Origin: Patescibacteria group bacterium
GTDB taxonomy: Bacteria > Patescibacteriota > Microgenomatia > UBA12405
Assembly (NCBI GenBank): GCA_018902845.1
Contig: JAHIPV010000013.1
Coordinates: forward strand, 18,766 to 82,765
Direction: 5' to 3'
Length of the DNA stretch: 64,000 nt
Under the pieces are notes generated by a model. The model was not told where the DNA came from. It saw only the letters and a list, made by a program, of their open reading frames with translations, and searched no databases. Positions 48,356 to 55,501 of this stretch are shown piece by piece. Every line of letters begins with the position of its first letter. The stretch's first letter is position 1. A program made the position numbers and the translations under genes.

Positions 48356-49276
48356 ATGATTGATACAAGCAAATTTAATATGAAAACGGTTAAACTGGAC
48401 GCAAAGTATGGGAAATTCCAACTAAGTCCTCTCTACAAGGGTTTTGGCCACACCATAGGCAATAGCATTAGGAGAATACTTCTAATCACCATTCCCGGCA
48501 GTGCTATTACCAAAATTAAAGTCGCGGGTGCCAATCATCTTTTTACTACTCTAGATGGAATAAAAGAAGATTTGGTTGACATTTCCCTTAACCTCAAAAA
48601 AATCAAGTTCATATATAACAAAAACGAACCAACGGTACTCAAATTATCAAAAAGCGGTAAGTCTATTGTCACCGCCGCAGATATAGCTGATACTGATACT
48701 TGTAAAGTTTCCAACCCAGAACAGCATATTGCCACTCTAACAAATTCAAAAGCCAGTTTAGACATTGAGCTGACTGTTGAAAGAGGCATTGGTTTTACTC
48801 TTGCCAAAGAGCAAGAAAGTGAAATCGTAGGAGAAATTATCCTGGATGCTACCTTTACTCCGGTTTTAAGGTCCAACTATTCGGTTGAGTCAATTCGCTT
48901 AGGCAAAAAAAATGATTTTGACAAACTGACCATGGAAATATGGACTGATGGTTCTATAGACCCAAAGGAAGCGCTTAAAAGAGCCACCAAGGACCTAATC
49001 GTTTCCCTGTCTCAAATCGTTGACCCAAAAGAGTTTGAGGAAGAAGAAATTGTTACCATCGGATCTAATTTAAACATCTTCAACACTGATGTGTCGGTAG
49101 AAGAAATAGAATTACCACTAAGAGTAACTAATGCCTTGAAAAAGGCTGGTTTCCAAACCGTAGAAAGCCTAATACAAAATGGCAGTTCTGAAGTTAAAAA
49201 AGCCAAAAATGTAGGAGAAAAATCAATCAAAACCATTAATGATTGGCTCAAAGAAAAAGGAGTCGATTGGAAGTAA
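48356..49276 (+). CDS. rpoA: DNA-directed RNA polymerase subunit alpha
   Basis: N-terminal dimerisation domain and alpha-CTD (IEELELPLRVTNALKKAGFQTVESL). Confidence 0.93.
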   Translation: MIDTSKFNMKTVKLDAKYGKFQLSPLYKGFGHTIGNSIRRILLITIPGSAITKIKVAGANHLFTTLDGIKEDLVDISLNLKKIKFIYNKNEPTVLKLSKSGKSIVTAADIADTDTCKVSNPEQHIATLTNSKASLDIELTVERGIGFTLAKEQESEIVGEIILDATFTPVLRSNYSVESIRLGKKNDFDKLTMEIWTDGSIDPKEALKRATKDLIVSLSQIVDPKEFEEEEIVTIGSNLNIFNTDVSVEEIELPLRVTNALKKAGFQTVESLIQNGSSEVKKAKNVGEKSIKTINDWLKEKGVDWK

Positions 49277-49317
49277 CTTCTATAACTCATCAAAGTGAGA
49301 TTCAGTTAGAAAACACC

Positions 49318-49356
49318 CGTCATCCCGAGCGCGGTCGAGGGATCCCGTGGGGAATT
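49318..49356. repeat. Dispersed repeat family A copy (cgtcatcccgagcgcggtcgagggatcccgtggggaatt), followed by AT-heptamer tract and a family-B copy
   Basis: Composite 167-bp rpoA-rplQ spacer. Confidence 0.7.
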
Positions 49357-49409
49357 GTAAAAATTTATTAAAAATTAAAAATTAGAGATTAAAAAAGTTT
49401 AAAAATTTT

Positions 49410-49441
49410 GGAAATTTAGATTTTAAATTTTGAATTTAATT
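49410..49441. repeat. Dispersed repeat family B copy 3, ends 2 nt before rplQ ATG
   Basis: ggaaatttagattttaaattttgaatttaatt. Confidence 0.7.
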
Positions 49442-49443
49442 AT

Positions 49444-50028
49444 ATGCGTCATCGAAAATTCGGCAAAAAACTAGGAAGAAATCATCATCAACGAAAAGCT
49501 TTACTCAAAAGTTTGGTTAGGGCTGTTTTTACTCATGGTAGTATTAATACCACCATGGCAAAGGCAGAGGCAGTCTCTCCCTTAATAGAAAAAATCTGCA
49601 CTAGAATAAAAAAAGCAGACTTAAGTAGCAAAAGATATCTATATAGATATCTTCAGGACAGAAAATGGGTAAAAATAGTTGAGGAAGCTTTTTTAAAAGT
49701 TTTTCCGGACAGAAATTCAAATTTCCTAAAAATTTCTAAAGTTAAAAAAAGACAAGGAGACGATGCCACAATAGTTAACTTAGCTTTTGTCAAAACTGTT
49801 TCTTTTAATGTAGGGGAGACCCTTGCGGTCGCCCGCAAAAAAACAAAAGAAAGCTTAAGTTCAAAAAATTTATTAGGGCTCAAAAACAAGCTAAAGCGCA
49901 GTTCGTTTCAGGCAAAACAAAAGCAACAATCGTCTGTAGGAACAACTTTTGCAGTCGCTCGCAAAAATATAAAAATGAAAAAGAAAACAAGTCAGAGCGA
50001 ACTTACTCGAAGGGGAAAATCTAAATGA
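49444..50028 (+). CDS. rplQ: 50S ribosomal protein L17 with 76-aa C-terminal extension built from two copies of repeat family C
   Basis: L17 core in aa 1-118 (MRHRKFGKKLGRNHHQRKALLKSLV..). Extension contains in-frame gtaggggagacccttgcggtcgcccgcaaaaaaac (49810-49844) and gtaggaacaacttttgcagtcgctcgcaaaaatataaaaatg (49936-49977). Confidence 0.88.
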   Translation: MRHRKFGKKLGRNHHQRKALLKSLVRAVFTHGSINTTMAKAEAVSPLIEKICTRIKKADLSSKRYLYRYLQDRKWVKIVEEAFLKVFPDRNSNFLKISKVKKRQGDDATIVNLAFVKTVSFNVGETLAVARKKTKESLSSKNLLGLKNKLKRSSFQAKQKQQSSVGTTFAVARKNIKMKKKTSQSELTRRGKSK

Positions 50029-50492
50029 AAAAGATAACAACCATAAAACCAATAAAAGACATCAAAAGATATTGGCATTTCATCGACCTAGAAGGCCAAA
50101 CTCTTGGTCGCATTAGCACAAAAATTGCCAAACTTTTAACCGGAAAGGATAAGGTCCAATTTTGTTATCATCACGATTGGGGAGATTATGTCATCGCTGT
50201 TAATTCTAATAAAATAAAAACTACAGGTAAAAAGCTAAAAGACAAAATTTATTATCGTCATTCTGGTTACGCTGGCAATTTAAAAGAAATTCAATTAAAA
50301 GACTTGATGAAAAAAGATTCCAGAAAAGTTATTTATGCATCGGTTTATGGAATGGTAGCCAAAAACAAATTACGAAAACCAAGAATGCGAAGATTAAAAA
50401 TCTTTAAAACCGCAGATCATCCTTATCAAGGCAAGCTTAAAGGTTTATCTCCCAAGCGTCATCCTGAGCTTGCCGAAGGATCACAAAAATAA
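50025..50492 (+). CDS. rplM: 50S ribosomal protein L13 with C-terminal tail encoded by a repeat-A copy
   Basis: L13 core (..YWHFIDLEGQTLGRISTKIAKLL.GK..). Last 12 codons (KRHPELAEGSQK) are the in-frame repeat cgtcatcctgagcttgccgaaggatcac at 50457-50484. Confidence 0.9.
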   Translation: MKKITTIKPIKDIKRYWHFIDLEGQTLGRISTKIAKLLTGKDKVQFCYHHDWGDYVIAVNSNKIKTTGKKLKDKIYYRHSGYAGNLKEIQLKDLMKKDSRKVIYASVYGMVAKNKLRKPRMRRLKIFKTADHPYQGKLKGLSPKRHPELAEGSQK

Positions 50493-50495
50493 TTT

Positions 50496-50888
50496 ATGAA
50501 AAAATACATATACGCAATCGGCAGACGTCGTAGTGCGATTGTAACTGTCAAGCTTTTTAAAGGAAAAGAAGAATCTCTAGTTAATAATATTTCTGTATCG
50601 AAATATTTTCCATCTCCACACCAAAAGATTAAGTATCAAAAACCTTTTGTTTTAACCAGCCTTTTGGGTAAGTATTTTTTTCAAGCTAAAGCTTCTGGAG
50701 GTGGCAAGGAAGGCCAATTAGACGCCCTAGCCCTAGCCATTTCAAGGGCTTTAGAACGACAGAACCCAGATCTTCGCGATCCTTTAAAAAAAGCCAAGCT
50801 GTTAAGAGTAGATTCTCGTATCCGTCAGCGTCGTCGGGTTGGTAAAGGTGGCAAAGCTCGTCGTGGCAAACAATCCCCAAGAAGATAA
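50496..50888 (+). CDS. rpsI: 30S ribosomal protein S9
   Basis: ..YIYAIGRRRSAIVTVKL.., C-terminal ..GKGGKARRGKQSPRR. Confidence 0.93.
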   Translation: MKKYIYAIGRRRSAIVTVKLFKGKEESLVNNISVSKYFPSPHQKIKYQKPFVLTSLLGKYFFQAKASGGGKEGQLDALALAISRALERQNPDLRDPLKKAKLLRVDSRIRQRRRVGKGGKARRGKQSPRR

Positions 50889-50906
50889 AAATGTTATCCT
50901 AAGCAA

Positions 50907-51653
50907 ATGTTGTGGTATCAATCTCTTATCCTTGCCCTTATCCAGGCCATCACTGAATTTCTTCCGGTCTCCTCTTCTGGTCATCTTGCTATAGCCCAAG
51001 AGCTTTTTGGTTCTACACCTTCGCTTTCTTTCGATATTTTTCTTAACACGGCCACTCTTTTTTCTGTTATATTTTTTTTCAAAAAACAATCCAAGGATTT
51101 TTTAAACAAATTAGTTTTTATTTTTTTAAGCTCTATTCCTGCTGTTCTGGTAACTCTTATTTTCAAAGATCAGATTAGCTCTCTCTTTTCTCAAACCACA
51201 TATCTCACCGCCTCTTTTCTCGTTACAAGTCTTTTGCTTTTTTCAGTCAAATTAATCAAAAAAAGGAAACAAACTTTTCTTACTCCCCAAAAAGCCATAA
51301 TAATTGGTCTTTTTCAATCGTTGGCTATTTTTCCTGGTATTTCCCGTTCTGCTTCTACAATTTTTGCCGGTCTTCTTTGTGGACTTGGCAGTCAAAAAGC
51401 CTTTGAATATTCTTTTTACTTATTCATTCCCGCTTCGCTGGGCGCTCTTGTGTTTGGAGTTACGCAAACAGATCTTGCATCGTTGTCTTTTTCCTCCTAC
51501 CTTCCTTACGCCATAATTTGCTTTCTGGTTGGTTTAATTTCCCTCAAACTCTTAAAAAAAACAATTCAATCCAAAAAACTTTGGTATTTTAGCTTTTATA
51601 CCTTAGCACTCTCCTGTCTTACCATCTATTTTTCCTACCACCAATCTTTTTAA
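50907..51653 (+). CDS. uppP: Undecaprenyl-diphosphate phosphatase (UppP/BacA)
   Basis: ..ALIQAITEFLPVSSSGHL.. N-terminal motif, 8 TM segments, ..PGISRSASTI.. second motif. Confidence 0.9.
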   Translation: MLWYQSLILALIQAITEFLPVSSSGHLAIAQELFGSTPSLSFDIFLNTATLFSVIFFFKKQSKDFLNKLVFIFLSSIPAVLVTLIFKDQISSLFSQTTYLTASFLVTSLLLFSVKLIKKRKQTFLTPQKAIIIGLFQSLAIFPGISRSASTIFAGLLCGLGSQKAFEYSFYLFIPASLGALVFGVTQTDLASLSFSSYLPYAIICFLVGLISLKLLKKTIQSKKLWYFSFYTLALSCLTIYFSYHQSF

Positions 51654-51820
51654 ATCTTCCATTGCCTCTGCAAGTATCATTCTTTCTTCAAGTTCTCTGT
51701 TTAGTTTATTCATAAAAACCACCTGCTCCACTCTCTTTATCTGCTTAATTCTGCCCAGTCCTGTATTTCTTATCATAGATAAATTATTCTACCACTTCCC
51801 ACACTAACCCTCAAATCTAT

Positions 51821-53263
51821 TTATAATGTGTTTACTGCCCTTTCCAGTCTTTTAATCGTTTTGTCTCTTCCTAAAATCGGTAAACATTCTACAATTGGCG
51901 GTGTAATTTTTTGTCCGCTCAAAGCCACTCTAAACACCATAAAATACTGTCCCGTATTCCAATTATTTTTTTTAATCAACTCCAGTAGTTTATTTTGAAT
52001 ATTGACAACATCATCCCAATTCTTAGTTTCTTTTAATAATTCTGTTGTCTTATCCATCATTTCTGTTACCAGCTCTTTTGTTGCCCCTCTTTGCAACAGC
52101 ATTTCCTTATCATATTTAATCTCTTCAAACAAAAACTTAGTTAATTCAACTGCGTCAGACAACCTAGTGATTCTTTCTTTTAGCAGGGGAGCCAGATATA
52201 ACAATATTTCATCATCAACTTTTGGTAAAAAAGTTTTCAACAATTTTGCTAATTCTTTATCGCTTTTTTTCTGAATGTAATGTTTATTAAAATAATCAAG
52301 TTTTTTTCTATCAAAAGCAGGCGCTTTTTTGTGTAATCTTTCCAAACTAAACTCTTCGATAAACTCATCCAGGCTAAAAAATTCTCTTTCGTCTCCGGGA
52401 TTCCATCCCAAAAGCATCAAAAAATTGAGCAAGGCTTCGGGTAAATATCCATCATTTAAAAAATTTCGGGCAGACCAAGATCCGTGTCTTTTAGATATTT
52501 TCCCTCTCCTTTCTGGGTCCATCAAATCAGTTAGATGCGCAAATACTGGTATATTCCAACCAAAACATTTATACAAAATTACCTGTTTCGGGGTTGAAGG
52601 TATCCAAGCCTGTCCTCTCATTATGTGGCTGATTTCCATTAAATGGTCATCAATTACCACGGCAAAATGGTAAGTGGGAATTCCATCAGATTTGATCAAC
52701 ACTTGATCATCTATATCTTTGCTTGGTACCGAAATTTTTCCTCTGATAAAATCCGTCCAAACAATTACCTCATTATCTGGAACTTTCATCCGGATTACAT
52801 ATTTTTCTCCTGCTTTTAATCTTTTTTCTACCTCACTTTTTGATAGTTGCAGGCACTTCCTGTCATATTTTGGTAATTTGCCATCGGCTTTCTGTGACTT
52901 TCTCATTTCATCCAATCTCTCTTCACTGCAAAAACAACAATAGGCAAAACCATTTTTTATCAATTGATCAGTATATTTTTTATAAATACCCAACCTCTCT
53001 GTTTGAATATAAGGACCATATTTGCCACCTTTCTTGGGTCCTTCGTCCCAGTCAAAGCCATAGTCTCTAATTACTTCAAACATTCTTTCTTGCGCTCCAG
53101 CAACAAGCCTTTTTCTGTCAGTATCCTCAATTCGAATAATAAACTGACCTTTGTTTTTTCTAGCAAAAGCATAGTTATAAAGAAGTGTTCTCATGTTCCC
53201 AATCTGATATTCTCCCGTTGGACTCGGCGCCATTCTGGTTCTGACTATTTTTTTACCACTCAT
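51821..53263 (-). CDS. gltX: Glutamyl-tRNA synthetase (class I), HIGH-box His replaced (PSPTGEYQIGN)
   Basis: RMAPSPTGEYQIGNMRTLLYNYAFARK.., KMSKS-like GKISKRHGS, C-terminal anticodon-binding helices. Confidence 0.9.
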   Translation of the reverse strand: MSGKKIVRTRMAPSPTGEYQIGNMRTLLYNYAFARKNKGQFIIRIEDTDRKRLVAGAQERMFEVIRDYGFDWDEGPKKGGKYGPYIQTERLGIYKKYTDQLIKNGFAYCCFCSEERLDEMRKSQKADGKLPKYDRKCLQLSKSEVEKRLKAGEKYVIRMKVPDNEVIVWTDFIRGKISVPSKDIDDQVLIKSDGIPTYHFAVVIDDHLMEISHIMRGQAWIPSTPKQVILYKCFGWNIPVFAHLTDLMDPERRGKISKRHGSWSARNFLNDGYLPEALLNFLMLLGWNPGDEREFFSLDEFIEEFSLERLHKKAPAFDRKKLDYFNKHYIQKKSDKELAKLLKTFLPKVDDEILLYLAPLLKERITRLSDAVELTKFLFEEIKYDKEMLLQRGATKELVTEMMDKTTELLKETKNWDDVVNIQNKLLELIKKNNWNTGQYFMVFRVALSGQKITPPIVECLPILGRDKTIKRLERAVNTL

Positions 53264-53292
53264 TTTACTATTTTATCATTATTTCTATCTAG

Positions 53293-53367
53293 CATCCTGA
53301 GTTTTCACCGTCATCCTGAGTGATCCGCCAACTGGCGGAGACCGAAGGATCCCGTCGGATTTTCCCC
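53293..53367. repeat. Repeat family A cluster (partial copy catcctgag + full copy with internal hairpin ccgcca-ac-tggcgg)
   Basis: agcatcctgagttttcaccgtcatcctgagtgatccgccaactggcggagaccgaaggatcccgtcgg. Confidence 0.7.
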
Positions 53368-53401
53368 CCAATAATCTTTTCTTTAGTTTATAATCAATTT
53401 A

Positions 53402-54442
53402 ATGTCCTTAACTCATACTGCCTACAGTACTAGAAAACTAATTAAATTTGGCGGACTAGGTATTATTCTTTTTTCTTTTGCCTGGTCTTTTCTTGTCACC
53501 GGAATCAAAGCTTATCGCAAGGCCCATCCGCCCAAGCTCCCTCCAACAGTTCGTTTTGGTAAACTGCCACCAATCACTTTTCCGTCAAAAAAAATAGAAA
53601 AGAAAGATTTTGTTTTAGAATTAGCTGATGATAAATTTTCAGAATTTCCCGATTCCGCTAAGGTTTATGTAGTCTATCGACCCACCAGTACTATCTTAGC
53701 TCTAGAAGAAGATACAAAAACAGCCAGAAGTCTTGGTTTTGTAACTCAGCCTATAAAAATTAACGACGGAGTTTACCAATTTCAAAACACTACTTTTAAA
53801 AAAACATTAACCATGAATATCTTAGATGGCAGTTTCAAGCTGGAATATCCATACAAAAAAGACCAAACCTTACAAGGTTCTGGAAAACTTCCCGACAAAA
53901 ACCAAGCCATTGATACGGCCAAAGCCTTTTTGAGAACAGCCGGAAAACTCGGTCCAGATCTTGAGACCGGAGAACAAACTATCACTTTTTGGAAAATAAG
54001 TTTTGATGGTCTTCATTCAGTTTTATCCCATTCAGAAGCCAATGCCATAAGAGTAGATTTTTTAAGAGAAAACCCAGAAAAAGATATGAAAATTTATTCC
54101 ACTAAGCCCGATAAGTCTTCAGTATCGGTCCTGGTCAGCAATTCAGCGGTTGAAAACAAAAGGATTATAGATGTTGATTACAAATATTCCCCGATTGATC
54201 GTGAATCTTTTTCTACTTACCCCATCAAATCGGCCATCCAGGCATGGGAAGAATTAAAAGCAGGTGATTATTGGCCGGCCATACAAGACTCTTCTGCCAC
54301 CGTCTCCATTCGCAATGTTAATTTGGCCTATTTTGAGCCCAGTAGTTTAACTAATTACATGCAACCAATCTTTGTATTTACTGGCGATAACGATTTTACC
54401 GCTTATGTTCCGGCTATATCTTCATCCTGGATTTCAGAATAA
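53402..54442 (+). CDS. Hypothetical membrane-anchored protein (346 aa, N-terminal TM, large extracytoplasmic region)
   Basis: Single N-terminal hydrophobic segment (LGIILFSFAWSFLV). No recognisable family. Confidence 0.55.
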   Translation: MSLTHTAYSTRKLIKFGGLGIILFSFAWSFLVTGIKAYRKAHPPKLPPTVRFGKLPPITFPSKKIEKKDFVLELADDKFSEFPDSAKVYVVYRPTSTILALEEDTKTARSLGFVTQPIKINDGVYQFQNTTFKKTLTMNILDGSFKLEYPYKKDQTLQGSGKLPDKNQAIDTAKAFLRTAGKLGPDLETGEQTITFWKISFDGLHSVLSHSEANAIRVDFLRENPEKDMKIYSTKPDKSSVSVLVSNSAVENKRIIDVDYKYSPIDRESFSTYPIKSAIQAWEELKAGDYWPAIQDSSATVSIRNVNLAYFEPSSLTNYMQPIFVFTGDNDFTAYVPAISSSWISE

Positions 54443-54449
54443 TCTATCT

Positions 54450-54588
54450 GTCATCCCGAGCGCAGTCGAGGGATCTCCCCGGAATTTAAACTTCCATTTG
54501 GGATTCTTCTCCGCCAACTGGCGGATCAGAATGACGCCTTTCTCCCACCCGTCATCCTGAGTGAGTTTTACGACCGAAGGATCCCATC
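54450..54588. repeat. Repeat family A cluster: forward copy, inverted half-copy (ggcggatcagaatgacgcc) and second forward copy, with ccgccaactggcgg hairpin
   Basis: gtcatcccgagcgcagtcgagggatctcc ... ccgccaactggcggatcagaatgacg ... cgtcatcctgagtgagttttacgaccgaaggatcccatc. Confidence 0.7.
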
Positions 54589-55501
54589 AATATTCTTCCC
54601 ACTCAATGTTCTTTTTCGCCCATTCAAGTAATTGCAAAGTATCCGCAAATCGATCCTCACTTTGCGCCACCACACTAATCAATCTGTGTCCTTCTATGTT
54701 TAACAATCCCGCAAAACATCCACCAGCCTCCGGTGTCCACCCGGTCTTCAGCCCTTCAACTTCTGGCACTGTTTCCAGTAATTCATTTGTATTAAGCAGT
54801 AAGTGTTCCGTGCCATTCCTGCTTGTTATTTTTAATTCTTTAATTTTTACTGTTTCTGTCACTGTTTTATTTTTAATTGCCAATCGTGCCACCTGAGCTA
54901 AATCATAAACAGTTGAATAGTGATTTTCGTCATGTATGCCGTCGTAATTAACAAAATTACTATCCTCTAATCCATTTTTTTTCAAAATTCCATTCATTTC
55001 TTTAACAAAACCATCCACTCCATTTTTGTGTTGTTTAGCCAAAACAAAAGCCGCATCATTGGCAGAATGAACCAACAAAGCCTTTACCAGATCTCTTATG
55101 CTTAATTTTTCTCCCACCTTAAGCTCCATTACCTTTCCATTTTCGTATTCTGTATCTATCTCTATAATTTCATCCAGGGGATAAATATTTAAAGCGGTTA
55201 GTGCTGTGATTAACTTTGTAGTGGAAGCCGGATAAATTCTTTCTTTTTCTTTTTTGCTTATCAAAATAGTATTTGTTTCTGTATCTAGGAGAATAAAAGC
55301 TTTAGCACTCAAAACAGGGGTAAAATTGGTTTTATTTTTTGTTACTGGTATTAATGGGTGTTGGTAATTGGCAAAGACGTTATTTTCTTTTCTTGTTTGT
55401 ATTGCCCTGCGGTCTAGATTAGAAACAATTAAATTAAACCACAAAAAAAATCCCAGTCCGCCTCCTAAAAAAATCAAAATCCTACTACGCTTTTTTCGCA
55501 T
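54587..55501 (-). CDS. D-alanyl-D-alanine carboxypeptidase (S11 family, PBP5/6-like)
   Basis: SxxK (ASTTK), SxN (HSANDAA), KTG (KTGWT) motifs, N-terminal TM. Confidence 0.85.
   Translation of the reverse strand: MRKKRSRILIFLGGGLGFFLWFNLIVSNLDRRAIQTRKENNVFANYQHPLIPVTKNKTNFTPVLSAKAFILLDTETNTILISKKEKERIYPASTTKLITALTALNIYPLDEIIEIDTEYENGKVMELKVGEKLSIRDLVKALLVHSANDAAFVLAKQHKNGVDGFVKEMNGILKKNGLEDSNFVNYDGIHDENHYSTVYDLAQVARLAIKNKTVTETVKIKELKITSRNGTEHLLLNTNELLETVPEVEGLKTGWTPEAGGCFAGLLNIEGHRLISVVAQSEDRFADTLQLLEWAKKNIEWEEY

Noticed and set aside
51596-51703. Short minus-strand ORF (MNKLNRELEERMILAEAMEDLKRLVVGKIDGKTGEC) downstream of gltX, overlapping the uppP 3' end
   Set aside because: Only 36 codons, overlaps a confident gene on the other strand, and no recognisable family. 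Not called.
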